Notes under the pieces: generated by a model
Told to the model about the DNA's origin: nothing
What the model saw: the letters and a program-made list of their open reading frames with translations, nothing else
Database searches by the model: none
Program-made: the position numbers and the translations under genes
In this document: positions 28,698-38,640 of the stretch, piece after piece
Layout: the number at the start of each line of letters is the position of its first letter
Position numbering within the stretch: the stretch's first letter is position 1
DNA from: Syntrophorhabdaceae bacterium
Lineage (GTDB): Bacteria; Desulfobacterota; Syntrophorhabdia; Syntrophorhabdales; Syntrophorhabdaceae
Assembly: GCA_963666485.2 (NCBI GenBank)
Contig: CAXXUO010000002.1
Coordinates: forward strand, 384,001-448,000
Direction of reading: 5' to 3'
DNA: 64,000 nucleotides

Positions 28698-30551
28698 ATG
28701 CTTCTGGAAACAATAAATTCCCCTGCAGACCTGAAAAAACTGTCTCTTCCCCAGCTTGTGGAGCTTGCCACCGAGATACGTCCGTTCATCACGAATGTCA
28801 TATCCGGCACAGGCGGGCACCTCGCCTCAAACCTCGGCGCGGTTGAGCTCACACTGGCGCTTTACTACGTATTCGATACCCCGCAGGACAAGATCGTCTG
28901 GGATGTGGGCCATCAGTGTTACACATGCAAGCTCATCACCGGGCGCCGGGACTTTTTCCCCACCATACGGCAGGACGGGGGCCTGAGCGGTTTTCCCTGC
29001 AAGGCGGAAGGCCCTTATGACGTCTTCGATACGGGCCATGCCAGCAATTCCATATCCGTCGCAACCGGGCTCGCGGAAAGCAAAGCAAAGACCGGCTCGA
29101 CGTCGAAGATCATAGCGGTCATAGGCGACGGTTCGCTCACGGGAGGCATGGCCTTTGAGGCCTTGAACCATGCCGGGCATCTGCGCAGCGACCTTATCGT
29201 CGTCCTCAACGATAACGAGATGTCTATATCCAAGAACGTCGGGGGCCTTTCCACCCACCTTAACCGTATAATGACCGGCGAGTTCATGAGCAACTTCCGC
29301 GAGGAGCTGAAGGTCCGGATGAAGAACATGCCCACCATCTACAAGACCGCCCGGTACCTCGAAGAAGCGGTCAAGGGCATATTCGGTCCCGGCATGCTTT
29401 TCGAGGAACTTGGTTTTACATACGTGGGGCCCGTGGACGGCCATAACATGGAACACCTGTGCGAAACCTTCAGGAACGTGAGCAGGCTGAAAGGCCCGCT
29501 CCTCGTCCATGTCGTAACCCGCAAAGGAAAAGGCTACATGCATGCGGAGAATGACCCGGAGAGATTTCACGGCATCTCCACATTCGAATTGACAACGGGC
29601 AACTCTACCTCGAAAGGGACAAAAACGTATACCGACATATTCGGTGACACCATCATCGAGCTCGCAAAAATGGACGACCGGATCATCGCCATAACCGCGG
29701 CCATGGGTCTCGGGACGGGCCTCGACAAATTCTCCGATATGTTTCCCGACAGGTTCTACGACATCGGGATCGCCGAGCAGCATGGCGTGACGTTCTCCGC
29801 CGCCCTGGCACTTGGAGGGCTGAAACCGATCGTCGCCATTTATTCCACGTTCCTCCAGCGGGCCTACGACCAGATCATCCTTGACGTGTGCCTCCAGAAC
29901 CTCCCTGTCGTTTTCGCCGTCGACAGGAGCGGCATCGTCGGCCAGGACGGCCCGACACACCACGGGGTGTACGACCTCTCCTATTTTCGCCACATACCGA
30001 ACATGACCGTCATGGCGCCCAAGGACGAGAATGAGCTTCGGCACATGCTCTACTCGGCATACTGCTATAACAGGCCGTGCGCCATCCGGTACCCGCGCGG
30101 CGAAGCGCTCGGTGTACCGCTCGACGCCGAATTCAAGCTGATAGAGTATGGGACGTGGGAGCTTCTCGAGGAGGGAGAGGATGTCACGATCATCGCCTGC
30201 GGGGTCATGGTGCCCGTAGCGATCAAGGCTGCCTCGATGCTCGGACAGAAAGGGATCAGGGCGGGTGTCGTAAACGGGCGTTTCATCAAGCCGATGGACG
30301 AGAAACTCCTGATCGACGTGGCATCACGGACGCACAGGATCATAACTCTCGAGGAAAACGTCCTTATCGGCGGTTTCGGAAGCGGTGTTCTGGAGGCCTT
30401 GAGCCGTGCCGGGGTATGCATGCCTCTTAAGTCACTGGGGATCCCGGACACCTTTATCACGCACGGCAAGCAGGATACCCTGCGCAGAGCCTTCGGCCTC
30501 GATCGTGACAGCATCGTGGAGACTATCACCGAGTGGGTAAAGAACGCGTAG
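28698..30551 (+). CDS. dxs: 1-deoxy-D-xylulose-5-phosphate synthase
   Basis: GGHLASNLG, WDVGHQ, GDGSLTGG, GIAEQH, DGPTHHG. Confidence 0.97.
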   Translation: MLLETINSPADLKKLSLPQLVELATEIRPFITNVISGTGGHLASNLGAVELTLALYYVFDTPQDKIVWDVGHQCYTCKLITGRRDFFPTIRQDGGLSGFPCKAEGPYDVFDTGHASNSISVATGLAESKAKTGSTSKIIAVIGDGSLTGGMAFEALNHAGHLRSDLIVVLNDNEMSISKNVGGLSTHLNRIMTGEFMSNFREELKVRMKNMPTIYKTARYLEEAVKGIFGPGMLFEELGFTYVGPVDGHNMEHLCETFRNVSRLKGPLLVHVVTRKGKGYMHAENDPERFHGISTFELTTGNSTSKGTKTYTDIFGDTIIELAKMDDRIIAITAAMGLGTGLDKFSDMFPDRFYDIGIAEQHGVTFSAALALGGLKPIVAIYSTFLQRAYDQIILDVCLQNLPVVFAVDRSGIVGQDGPTHHGVYDLSYFRHIPNMTVMAPKDENELRHMLYSAYCYNRPCAIRYPRGEALGVPLDAEFKLIEYGTWELLEEGEDVTIIACGVMVPVAIKAASMLGQKGIRAGVVNGRFIKPMDEKLLIDVASRTHRIITLEENVLIGGFGSGVLEALSRAGVCMPLKSLGIPDTFITHGKQDTLRRAFGLDRDSIVETITEWVKNA

Positions 30552-31282
30552 ATGTACTTCTGGCGAGGTCCGGCCTCGCACCTTCACGTGAAAAAGCGCA
30601 GGTCCTCATAATGGCGGGTGCCGTCTTTGCGGACGGCCAGAAGGTCCTCAAGTCCGATACCCGGGTCGATGAGAAAGCGCACCTCGAAATAAAAGGGAAT
30701 CCGATCCCGTATGTAAGTTTCGGCGGGGTAAAGCTCAAAGCCGCGATCGATGCTTCCGGTATTAGTGTCGCAGGCTTCATTGCACTCGACGTCGGCTCGT
30801 CGACGGGGGGATTCACCGATTGCCTCCTCAAGGAAGGTGCCCGGAAAATATATGCAATAGATTCCGGGACCCATCAGCTCCATGAAAAATTGCGCAGCGA
30901 CGATCGTGTGGTCCTTAAGGAAAACTTCAACGCCCGGTACCTTCGTTTCGATGACATCGGCGAGATGGCCGATATCGTCGTGATAGACGTGTCGTTCATT
31001 TCGCTGAAGAAGATAATTCCCGCGGTGACAGGTCTCACCCGGGACGGAGGATATATCTTTTCCCTGGTGAAGCCCCAGTTCGAGGTGGGCAGGTACAATG
31101 TCGGCAAAGGCGGGATCGTAAAGGATGACGGGCGCATTGAAAACGTCCTCCGGGACATGCGGCAGTTCGGTGAAGGGCTCGGCCTTCATCCTCTGAAAAC
31201 CGTTGAAGCGCCGCGGGACAGGGAACGAAAGAACAGGGAATTTTTCATACTATGGGAAAAATCAAGCAACCCGAACAGGTAA
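30533..31282 (+). CDS. tlyA: TlyA family RNA methyltransferase
   Basis: S4 domain, LDVGSSTGGFTD, DVSFISL, LVKPQFE. Confidence 0.93.
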   Translation: MGKERVDVLLARSGLAPSREKAQVLIMAGAVFADGQKVLKSDTRVDEKAHLEIKGNPIPYVSFGGVKLKAAIDASGISVAGFIALDVGSSTGGFTDCLLKEGARKIYAIDSGTHQLHEKLRSDDRVVLKENFNARYLRFDDIGEMADIVVIDVSFISLKKIIPAVTGLTRDGGYIFSLVKPQFEVGRYNVGKGGIVKDDGRIENVLRDMRQFGEGLGLHPLKTVEAPRDRERKNREFFILWEKSSNPNR

Positions 31283-31791
31283 AGATATTCGCCAGCGTTA
31301 TCTTTCATGAGGATCTCGACCTCGAGGGCGTCTTTGAAAAACTTGCCGGGCTCATCGGTACGATCGAGGAAAGCACCTCCCCTGCCCTCTTCACCCACAC
31401 AACGTATTACGATGCCGAAATGGGCAGGGGCCTCAAGCGCTGCTTTGTGCTTTTCAGGCCCGTCGTTGACCGCGATACCCTGCCTGACATCAAGCTCGCC
31501 ACGAACGGGATCGAGGACGGCTATTCCCTTGACGGCAAAAGAAGGGTCAACATAGATGCTGGATATATCGCCCTTGAACATGTTATACTCGCAACCACAA
31601 AAGGTTACGCGCACCGGCTGTATATCGGGAAGGGGATACACGCCGATCTGACCCTTATGTTCAACAACGGTTCGTACCGTGCGCTCGAATGGACATACCC
31701 CGATTACGCCGAGACTGACACAATAGCACTGTTCAACACGTGGAGAATATCCTTGAAACAGGCCTTGAAAGAAACCCGAAAGGGGATTTGA
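31252..31791 (+). CDS. DUF4416 family protein
   Basis: TTYYDAEMG, RRVNIDAGY, LATTK, WTYPDY. Confidence 0.8.
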   Translation: MGKIKQPEQVKIFASVIFHEDLDLEGVFEKLAGLIGTIEESTSPALFTHTTYYDAEMGRGLKRCFVLFRPVVDRDTLPDIKLATNGIEDGYSLDGKRRVNIDAGYIALEHVILATTKGYAHRLYIGKGIHADLTLMFNNGSYRALEWTYPDYAETDTIALFNTWRISLKQALKETRKGI

Positions 31792-31807
31792 GCATGAAAG
31801 GTGAATT

Positions 31808-32677
31808 ATGCCGAACAGCATGACCGGATTTGCCAGGATCGAGAAAGAATTCCCCGAAGGAAAAGCGATGTGCGAGGTGCGATCGCTCAACAGCCGGTAC
31901 CTCGAAATGAACATAAGGCTCCCCCGGCCGGATTACGCGTCCGAGCAAAAACTGAGGGACCTCGTTAAAAAGAATGTCCGGAGAGGCAAAATAGATATAA
32001 CGGTAAAATGGGAAAAGGCCGTCGAAGAGATCACGATACCCAGGATCAACGAGAACATCGTCCGGCAGTATGCGGCAATGGCACGGGACCTCAAGGACAA
32101 TTACGGGATCACGGGGGACCTGACCGTCGACAGCGTCCTCGGGTTGAAGGACGTTTTTGTTTACGAAGAGAACCACGCGCTTGCAGAGGACGTTCTGACG
32201 GGAATATGCTCGGACCTCCTCGGCGCGCTCAATGAAGAGCGGGCGCGGGAAGGTGACTATATAACCGGGGACCTTACCGGGCGCATGACAACAATAGAAG
32301 GGACGGTCGGGGAAATTGAAGCCGGATGGCCCGGCGTCATCACGGCACACGAAGAAAAGCTCCGGGCCAAAATATACGAGGTCACACAATCGACCCAGGT
32401 CGATGAATCCCGCATCCTGCAAGAGTTGGCCATCTATATGGAGCGGCTCGACATATCGGAAGAGATCGTGCGCCTGAAAGGGCACCTCGATAATTTCCGC
32501 ACGACCCTGTTATCGGCGGACGCGATCGGACGGAAGCTCGATTTTATCATCCAGGAGATGGTCAGGGAGACCAACACGATCGGCAGCAAATCGAACGACC
32601 TGTACATCAATGAGCGCGTCATCCGGATCAAGGTCGAGATAGAGAAGATGCGCGAACAGGTCCAGAACATAGAGTAA
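31808..32677 (+). CDS. yicC: YicC/YloC family endoribonuclease
   Basis: SMTGF, GRKLDFIIQEMVRETNTIGSK, REQVQNIE. Confidence 0.93.
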   Translation: MPNSMTGFARIEKEFPEGKAMCEVRSLNSRYLEMNIRLPRPDYASEQKLRDLVKKNVRRGKIDITVKWEKAVEEITIPRINENIVRQYAAMARDLKDNYGITGDLTVDSVLGLKDVFVYEENHALAEDVLTGICSDLLGALNEERAREGDYITGDLTGRMTTIEGTVGEIEAGWPGVITAHEEKLRAKIYEVTQSTQVDESRILQELAIYMERLDISEEIVRLKGHLDNFRTTLLSADAIGRKLDFIIQEMVRETNTIGSKSNDLYINERVIRIKVEIEKMREQVQNIE

Positions 32678-32687
32678 GGGTGAAAGG

Positions 32688-33287
32688 TTGCCGTCAGACC
32701 AGGTGAACGCTGCAAAAAAAGGGGTCCTCATCGTTGTTTCCGGCCCGTCCGGTGTGGGGAAATCAACCCTCATCGACCGTTTCCTCTCGGAAGATGCACA
32801 GAGTGAATTTTCCGTATCCTACACCACGCGGAAGATAAGGCCACACGAAAAGGACGGGACCGATTATTACTTTACCGACGAGAACACCTTCAAGGAATTG
32901 ATAGAGCAGGGATATTTTCTCGAATGGGAGAGCGTCCACGGACATTTCTACGGCACCCCCCGCTCCGAGATCATGGCTATCCTGGAAAAAGGCAAGGACA
33001 TCGTCCTCGACATCGACGTGAAAGGGGCCTTAAGCATCAAGGGACAGTGTCCCGCTTCCCGGCTCATTTTCATCGAGCCCCCGTCGGTGCAGGAATTGAG
33101 GCATCGCCTGTTGCTTCGAGGCGAAAAGGAAATAGATACACGGATGAAGCGCGTTGAAGAAGAAATTGCACTGAAAGGGCAATTCGGGTATACTGTTCTT
33201 AACGATGACCTCGGGCGGGCGTACTCTGCATTCCTCGGGGCGATCGAAGACATCAGGAGAAAGAAGAATGGCACGAATAACTGTTGA
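32688..33287 (+). CDS. gmk: Guanylate kinase
   Basis: SGPSGVGKST, SYTTR, YGTP, LDIDVKG; start may be GTG 32703. Confidence 0.95.
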   Translation: MPSDQVNAAKKGVLIVVSGPSGVGKSTLIDRFLSEDAQSEFSVSYTTRKIRPHEKDGTDYYFTDENTFKELIEQGYFLEWESVHGHFYGTPRSEIMAILEKGKDIVLDIDVKGALSIKGQCPASRLIFIEPPSVQELRHRLLLRGEKEIDTRMKRVEEEIALKGQFGYTVLNDDLGRAYSAFLGAIEDIRRKKNGTNNC

Positions 33288-33513
33288 AGACTGCATGGAA
33301 ATGGTTGAGAACCGTTTTGAACTGGTACACCTGGCCGCCCGGCGTTCAAAACAGCTTATAAAAGGCGCCAAGCCCCTCACGAAATCATCCAACCGGGAGA
33401 TCGTGACGTCCCTGCGTGAGATCGCCGAAAAACAGGTTTATTTCGAGAAGAAAGAAGCTCTCGAAACAAAGGAAAAAGAAACACCGATACAGCTGTCGAC
33501 GTTTACGCCGTAA
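33268..33513 (+). CDS. rpoZ: RNA polymerase omega subunit
   Basis: MARITVEDC...NRFELV...LREIAE. Confidence 0.95.
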   Translation: MARITVEDCMEMVENRFELVHLAARRSKQLIKGAKPLTKSSNREIVTSLREIAEKQVYFEKKEALETKEKETPIQLSTFTP

Positions 33514-33519
33514 AACCTC

Positions 33520-33713
33520 AGGCTATAGGCAATAGGCGATAGGCTATGGGATGATCCCGTAGCCTATTTTTTTACTCACCACCCACCATTTATATCCCTG
33601 TCGCCCCATCACCCATCGTCTTTTTTCCATCATCCATATACTTACACGGTTTTTCCTATCGCCCATCGCCCATCGCCCATCGCCCATCGCCCATCGCCTA
33701 TCGCCCATCGCCC
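33520..33713. repeat. Inverted heptamer tracts (AGGCNAT)4 and (CCCATCG)n; left tract forms part of a terminator-like hairpin
   Basis: AGGCTATGGGA-TGA-TCCCGTAGCCT followed by a T-run; CCYATCG tract at 33655-33713. Confidence 0.85.
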
Positions 33714-33719
33714 GTTTTC

Positions 33720-33733
33720 TTGACTTAAGTCAA
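33720..33733. promoter_or_regulatory. CRP/FNR-family-like box upstream of hcp
   Basis: Perfect palindrome TTGAC-TTAA-GTCAA. Confidence 0.6.
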
Positions 33734-33800
33734 AGCATAAAAATTTTCATGTGCTATATTTCCTGTATGATTCGAAACCAACAACATTAAGGAGGGATAT

Positions 33801-35432
33801 ATGTTTTGTTATCAGTGTGAACAGACGGCAAAGGGAACGGGATGCACAAAGGTCGGCGTTTGCGGGAAACAGCCCGATGTGGCAGCGCTTCAGGATCTCC
33901 TCGTCTACGTGGTATCGGAGTTCTCATTCTTTGCGAGGGAAGGCCTGAAACACGGGATCAAGACCGACAGGGAAACGAATCTCCTTACTATAGAGGCACT
34001 CTTTCATACCCTGACCAACGTCGATTTCGACGTGGACCGGTTGAAGATGATGGTTGCGCTGGTCGCTGCGAAACGCGACCTCCTTATCGATGCGATCGCG
34101 GCGAAGGGTGGAAATACGAAGCTGCCGGGTGGCAAGACCCCGACAAAACCCGATACCAACGTGGAAGGGCTCGTCAAACAGGGCGAAGCGGTGGGGTTCC
34201 AGGTTGTGAAGAACGACGATCCGGATATCTCGTCCCTCATGCACACCCTCGTGTTCGGGATACGCGGCGTTGCAGCATATGCCTATCATGCCGCCCTCCT
34301 GAACAAAGAAGATGACGCGATCTATAATTTTGTATACGAGGCGCTTTCCGAGGTGATCGAGAACAGGCTCGGTCTCAATGAATGGCTCGGCCTTGTGCTG
34401 AAATGCGGTGAGATCAACCTGAAAGCCATGGAACTCCTCGATGCCGCGAACACCGGGACATACGGGCACCCCGTGCCCACGGAGGTACCTCTCGGCCAGA
34501 AAAAGGGGAAGGCCATCCTCGTCTCGGGACACGACCTGAAAGATCTCGAAGAGATCCTCAAACAGACAGAGGGCAAGGGGATCTTCGTGTACACGCACGG
34601 CGAAATGCTCCCGACCCACGCCTATCCGAACCTGAAGAAATATGCGCATTTCTATGGACACTACGGAACGGCCTGGCAAAACCAGCACAAAGAATTTGCG
34701 GCATTTCCCGGATCCATCGTTATGACCACGAACTGCATCCAGAGGCCGCTCGACTCATACAAAGAGAACATCTTCACGGTCGGCCCGGTCGCCTGGCCGG
34801 GCGTCAGGCACCTGACCGGCGGAGATTTCACGCCGGCGATAGACAGGGCGCTTGCCCTTCCCGGATTTACCGCGGATTCCGCGGCAGGCTCGGTAATGGT
34901 AGGCTTCGCCCGGAATACTATCATGAGTGTCGCGGACAAGGTCATCGACGCGGTCAAGGCGGGCAAGATCAGGCACTTCTTCCTGGTAGCCGGCTGCGAT
35001 GGGGCCAATCCCGGGAGGAATTACTACACGGAATTCGTGGAAAAGGTGCCGGAAGACTGCGTCGTCCTCACCCTTGCATGTGGCAAGTTCCGCTTCTTTG
35101 ATCAGAAACTCGGCGATATCGGCGGAATTCCGCGCCTGCTCGATGTGGGGCAGTGCAACGATGCATACTCGGCGATCCAGATAGCAGTCGCACTCGCGGG
35201 GGCATTCAAGGTCGGCGTCAACGAACTGCCGCTCTCCCTTGTCCTGTCCTGGTACGAACAGAAGGCCGTGGCGATACTCCTGACCCTCTTTTACCTCGGG
35301 ATCAAGAACATCCGGCTCGGGCCCTCGCTGCCTGCTTTCGTGACCCCGAACGTCCTCAACGTGCTCGTACAGAACTATAATATTAAACCGATCACGACGC
35401 CCGATCAGGATCTGAAAGAAATACTCGGCTGA
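33801..35432 (+). CDS. hcp: Hydroxylamine reductase (hybrid cluster protein)
   Basis: MFCYQCEQT...C...GVCGK, YTHGEMLP, GQCNDAYSA, SWYEQKA. Confidence 0.97.
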   Translation: MFCYQCEQTAKGTGCTKVGVCGKQPDVAALQDLLVYVVSEFSFFAREGLKHGIKTDRETNLLTIEALFHTLTNVDFDVDRLKMMVALVAAKRDLLIDAIAAKGGNTKLPGGKTPTKPDTNVEGLVKQGEAVGFQVVKNDDPDISSLMHTLVFGIRGVAAYAYHAALLNKEDDAIYNFVYEALSEVIENRLGLNEWLGLVLKCGEINLKAMELLDAANTGTYGHPVPTEVPLGQKKGKAILVSGHDLKDLEEILKQTEGKGIFVYTHGEMLPTHAYPNLKKYAHFYGHYGTAWQNQHKEFAAFPGSIVMTTNCIQRPLDSYKENIFTVGPVAWPGVRHLTGGDFTPAIDRALALPGFTADSAAGSVMVGFARNTIMSVADKVIDAVKAGKIRHFFLVAGCDGANPGRNYYTEFVEKVPEDCVVLTLACGKFRFFDQKLGDIGGIPRLLDVGQCNDAYSAIQIAVALAGAFKVGVNELPLSLVLSWYEQKAVAILLTLFYLGIKNIRLGPSLPAFVTPNVLNVLVQNYNIKPITTPDQDLKEILG

Positions 35433-35456
35433 CGGTATACGGCGTACGGCTAACGG
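35426..35456. repeat. Heptamer tract CGGCTGA CGGTATA CGGCGTA CGGCTAA
   Basis: Starts at the hcp stop codon. Confidence 0.75.
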
Positions 35457-35515
35457 AAAGACAAAAAAACTAATAGGGGCTGGTGAAAAGCCAGCCCCTT
35501 GAGCAGAGGTAGGAC

Positions 35516-36274
35516 ATGGCGACGAGGAAGATAGTTTGTATTGATGAGGAGAAATGCAACGGGTGCGGGCAATGCGTTAGTGCATGCGCGGAAGGTGCGA
35601 TCGAATTGAAGGGAGAAAAGGCCCGGCTTGTCGCGGAAAAATATTGCGACGGGCTTGCGGCATGCCTGGGCACGTGCCCGCAGGATGCCATTTCAATAAT
35701 CGAAAGGGAGGCGGATGATTTTGATCCTGAAGCCGTCGAAAAATACCTGTCAGCAAAGAAATCTGACCAGGAATGTGCGGATGCGGTCCGCCCGGCGGAT
35801 CAAGAACAGGTAATTCCCTGCGGATGCCCGTCTGCAGATGTCCGGATTTTCAGCAAGCCATCTCCCGGGCCGGGTATAAGTGAATCCCCCGGGCCCCGGG
35901 CGGGATCAGAGCTCACTCACTGGCCGATACAGATCAAACTTATTCCCCCGACAGCGCCTTTTCTCAAAAACGCCGACCTTCTCGTGGCATCCGATTGCGT
36001 ACCCGCGGCGTATCCTGCGTTTCATCAGGACCTTCTGAAAGGCAAAGTCCTGATGGTCGGATGCCCGAAATTTGACGACACCCATGAATATATCGACAGG
36101 TTTACACAGATCTTCGCAACAGCTGACATAAATTCTATCACGGTAGCTATCATGGAAGTTCCCTGCTGCTCGAAGATGCCGTCCATTATCAGGGAAGCAC
36201 TGCAAAGGTCCGGCAAGCTGATCCCTGTCCAAACCGTCATCATCACGAGGACAGGCAATATCAAAACTGAATAA
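35516..36274 (+). CDS. 4Fe-4S dicluster protein
   Basis: CNGCGQCVSAC, CDGLAACLGTCP, WPIQ, GCPKFD, MEVPCC. Confidence 0.9.
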   Translation: MATRKIVCIDEEKCNGCGQCVSACAEGAIELKGEKARLVAEKYCDGLAACLGTCPQDAISIIEREADDFDPEAVEKYLSAKKSDQECADAVRPADQEQVIPCGCPSADVRIFSKPSPGPGISESPGPRAGSELTHWPIQIKLIPPTAPFLKNADLLVASDCVPAAYPAFHQDLLKGKVLMVGCPKFDDTHEYIDRFTQIFATADINSITVAIMEVPCCSKMPSIIREALQRSGKLIPVQTVIITRTGNIKTE

Positions 36275-36294
36275 TTACTCAAAACCAGTCGTTG

Positions 36295-36405
36295 TTGCCT
36301 TTAGCCTTGCCTTTTGCCTTTTGCCTTTTGCCTTTTGCCTTTTGCCTTTAGCCTTTAGCCGTACGCCTTTAGCCGTACGCCGTCAGCCGTACGCCGTCAG
36401 CCGTT
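36295..36405. repeat. Heptamer tract GCCTTTT/GCCTTTA/GCCGTAC/GCCGTCA
   Basis: Read directly. Confidence 0.95.
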
Positions 36406-36472
36406 CTTTATTGATTTCCTCTCGTCATTTAACCGATACTAAATACCATACATATTTTCATAAGGAGGACGT

Positions 36473-36823
36473 ATGAAGATCACCGATCTCACCAAGGTCG
36501 ATAAGGTCCTGATGACGATGGAAGGGGCTTCAGGTGCGTGGAAACAGATCCCGCTCGCGAAAGCCGACGGCGTACCGCATTATTCACTGCGGGTCTTTAC
36601 CATAGAACCGGGGGGGCACACGCCGTACCACAGCCATCCGTTCGAACATATGAATTATATTATCGAAGGCCGGGGGGCCCTTGTCGACGCGGACGGCACC
36701 GAGCGGCCGGTCAAGAAAGGCGATTTTGCCCTGGTCATGCCCGACGAGGTCCATCAGTACAAGAACAGTGCCGCCGATGCGCCGCTTGTCATGATCTGCC
36801 TTGTTCCAAAGGATTATGAATAA
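36473..36823 (+). CDS. Cupin domain protein
   Basis: PGGHTPYHSHPFEH...GD...P...HQYKN. Confidence 0.9.
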   Translation: MKITDLTKVDKVLMTMEGASGAWKQIPLAKADGVPHYSLRVFTIEPGGHTPYHSHPFEHMNYIIEGRGALVDADGTERPVKKGDFALVMPDEVHQYKNSAADAPLVMICLVPKDYE

Positions 36824-36834
36824 GGTTGCCGCCG

Positions 36835-37206
36835 TCAGGCCGTTACCGAATCGATCATATCGGTGAGTTTCTTGACGTCGAAGGGTTTGGCGATAAAGGG
36901 ATGGCCGCCGATATATCCTCCCTGCCGGTCTACCTCGTCCTGACTGATAAGGCCCGTGAGAAAGATGATCGGAATGGAACGTGTTGATTCGTCCTCGCTC
37001 AAGTTCTCGGCAACCCTCCCTCCATCCATCCCGGGCATTTTTATATCGAGAAGGATCACGTCCGGCCTTATTTTCTTCGCCAGCTGTATCCCTGCTGCCC
37101 CGGTCTGGGCCGTGGTCACCTGGTATCTCATGGTCTGGTGGAGCATGGCTTTCGTGACGTCGCAGAGGATCTTGTCGTCATCTATGAGCAGGACTATCTT
37201 TTTCAT
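36835..37206 (-). CDS. Single-domain response regulator
   Basis: LLIDDD, ILLDIKMPGMDG, FLT, KP. Confidence 0.92.
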   Translation of the reverse strand: MKKIVLLIDDDKILCDVTKAMLHQTMRYQVTTAQTGAAGIQLAKKIRPDVILLDIKMPGMDGGRVAENLSEDESTRSIPIIFLTGLISQDEVDRQGGYIGGHPFIAKPFDVKKLTDMIDSVTA

Positions 37207-37285
37207 CAATTTTTTCTATTGTATCCATCTTCCGCTTGACCGTCAACCATTCTCGACATTAAAATCACGGAAATAAGGAGGCCCC

Positions 37286-37816
37286 ATGAAAAGATCGATC
37301 ATGTGTTTTATCCTTGCCTGCCTTGCGCTCGCACCCGTTCACCTGGCGGCGGCTGATGTTCAGCTCAACAACACGGTCGTAAAGGTTTATTTCAGCCCCG
37401 ACGGGGGCGCGCTGAAGGCGATAACCAGGCAGATCGATCAGGCTGTCCGGGAGATACTCGTACTCAGCTACGTCATGACGTCAAAACCGGTCGAATCCGC
37501 GCTCATCAATGCCCACAGGCGCGGTGTGCAGGTCGAGGTGATATTTGACAGGGACGAACAGAAAGAACGGAAATATGTGACGGCAAAGATGTTCAAGACC
37601 CGGGGGATCGCCGTGTGGCTCGATGACAGGCACGCCTGTTCCCATAACAAGGTGATGATCATCGACCGGGGCACCGTGATCGCCGGCTCGTACAATTTTA
37701 CATCCGCCGCCGAAAAACGGAACGCCGAGAACCTCCTGATAATACCGTCAGCCGACCTTGCGGGCCTGTACACGGACAACTTCCTGGCCCACAGGCAGCA
37801 TTCCCGGAAATATTGA
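37286..37816 (+). CDS. Exported phospholipase D-family nuclease (Nuc-like)
   Basis: Signal peptide; YFSP, single HNKVMIID, GSYNFT, NAEN. Confidence 0.9.
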   Translation: MKRSIMCFILACLALAPVHLAAADVQLNNTVVKVYFSPDGGALKAITRQIDQAVREILVLSYVMTSKPVESALINAHRRGVQVEVIFDRDEQKERKYVTAKMFKTRGIAVWLDDRHACSHNKVMIIDRGTVIAGSYNFTSAAEKRNAENLLIIPSADLAGLYTDNFLAHRQHSRKY

Positions 37817-37820
37817 CGCG

Positions 37821-38168
37821 TCAGTCTTCCCGGGGCCCCACGACAAGGTTCAGAAGGTAATGCACGATCGATAACACGATGCTGTAGATCAGCGCCCACC
37901 AGAAGCCGGCCACCTGGAAGCCCTTGATAAAATAGGAAGCCAGGAGAATGAGCACCGCATTTATAACGAATGTGAACAATCCAAGGGTCAGGATATTTAT
38001 GGGCAGCGTTATCAGTATCAGGATGGGCTTCAGCAGCACATTGACGATCCCGAGGAACAGCGCGACCCAGATGGCCGTAAAAAAACTCGCAACCCTTACC
38101 CCGGGTATTAAATAGGCCGCGATAAGCACTGCCGCGGCCATAACGATCCATTTAAGGAGTATTCTCAT
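37821..38168 (-). CDS. YvlD-like / phage holin family 4-TM protein
   Basis: LKPILILITLPINILTLGLFTFVINA. Confidence 0.85.
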   Translation of the reverse strand: MRILLKWIVMAAAVLIAAYLIPGVRVASFFTAIWVALFLGIVNVLLKPILILITLPINILTLGLFTFVINAVLILLASYFIKGFQVAGFWWALIYSIVLSIVHYLLNLVVGPRED

Positions 38169-38187
38169 TGATGCGGCGCACTCCCTG

Positions 38188-38457
38188 TTATTCCCGGTAA
38201 AACCTGTCATCAGGAAGCATCTTGAGTGAGATGACCTCCGCCTCGCCGATTATCCTCTCGAGTGCAATGCTGAGCTCGGCCATTTTCACCGAGATCATAT
38301 CGAGCACTGTCGACATTTTTTCGATATTCTCTTTCGTGACTGACTGGGTTTGCGCTATCAGGGCCTCATTCCTCCTGCAATCCTCGATAAGGTCTTTGTG
38401 CAGCTCCCATTCTTCCTGCGTCAGCTCTTTTGATGCCAACAATTCATCTACTGTCAT
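38188..38457 (-). CDS. Hypothetical helical protein (89 aa)
   Basis: SD GGAGG, plausible composition; no recognised motif. Confidence 0.7.
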   Translation of the reverse strand: MTVDELLASKELTQEEWELHKDLIEDCRRNEALIAQTQSVTKENIEKMSTVLDMISVKMAELSIALERIIGEAEVISLKMLPDDRFYRE

Positions 38458-38640
38458 GGTGTGACCTCCCCGTACCTACCCCTGTCATATTTTATATATT
38501 TGCGGCCGAAAACGCAATGTCGAATAGTAATAAAATGTAAAACAAATCTTGGTTTTCATGATCCTGCCGACTATTCCTCCATTGTAAAGCTCCGGAGATT
38601 GACATATGACAAAGTATGAAGCATATTTAAGTCGAGGTCT

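Noticed and set aside
37286..38168. Holin-family gene plus nuclease as prophage remnant
   Set aside because: YvlD-like proteins are common chromosomal genes; no phage genes nearby.
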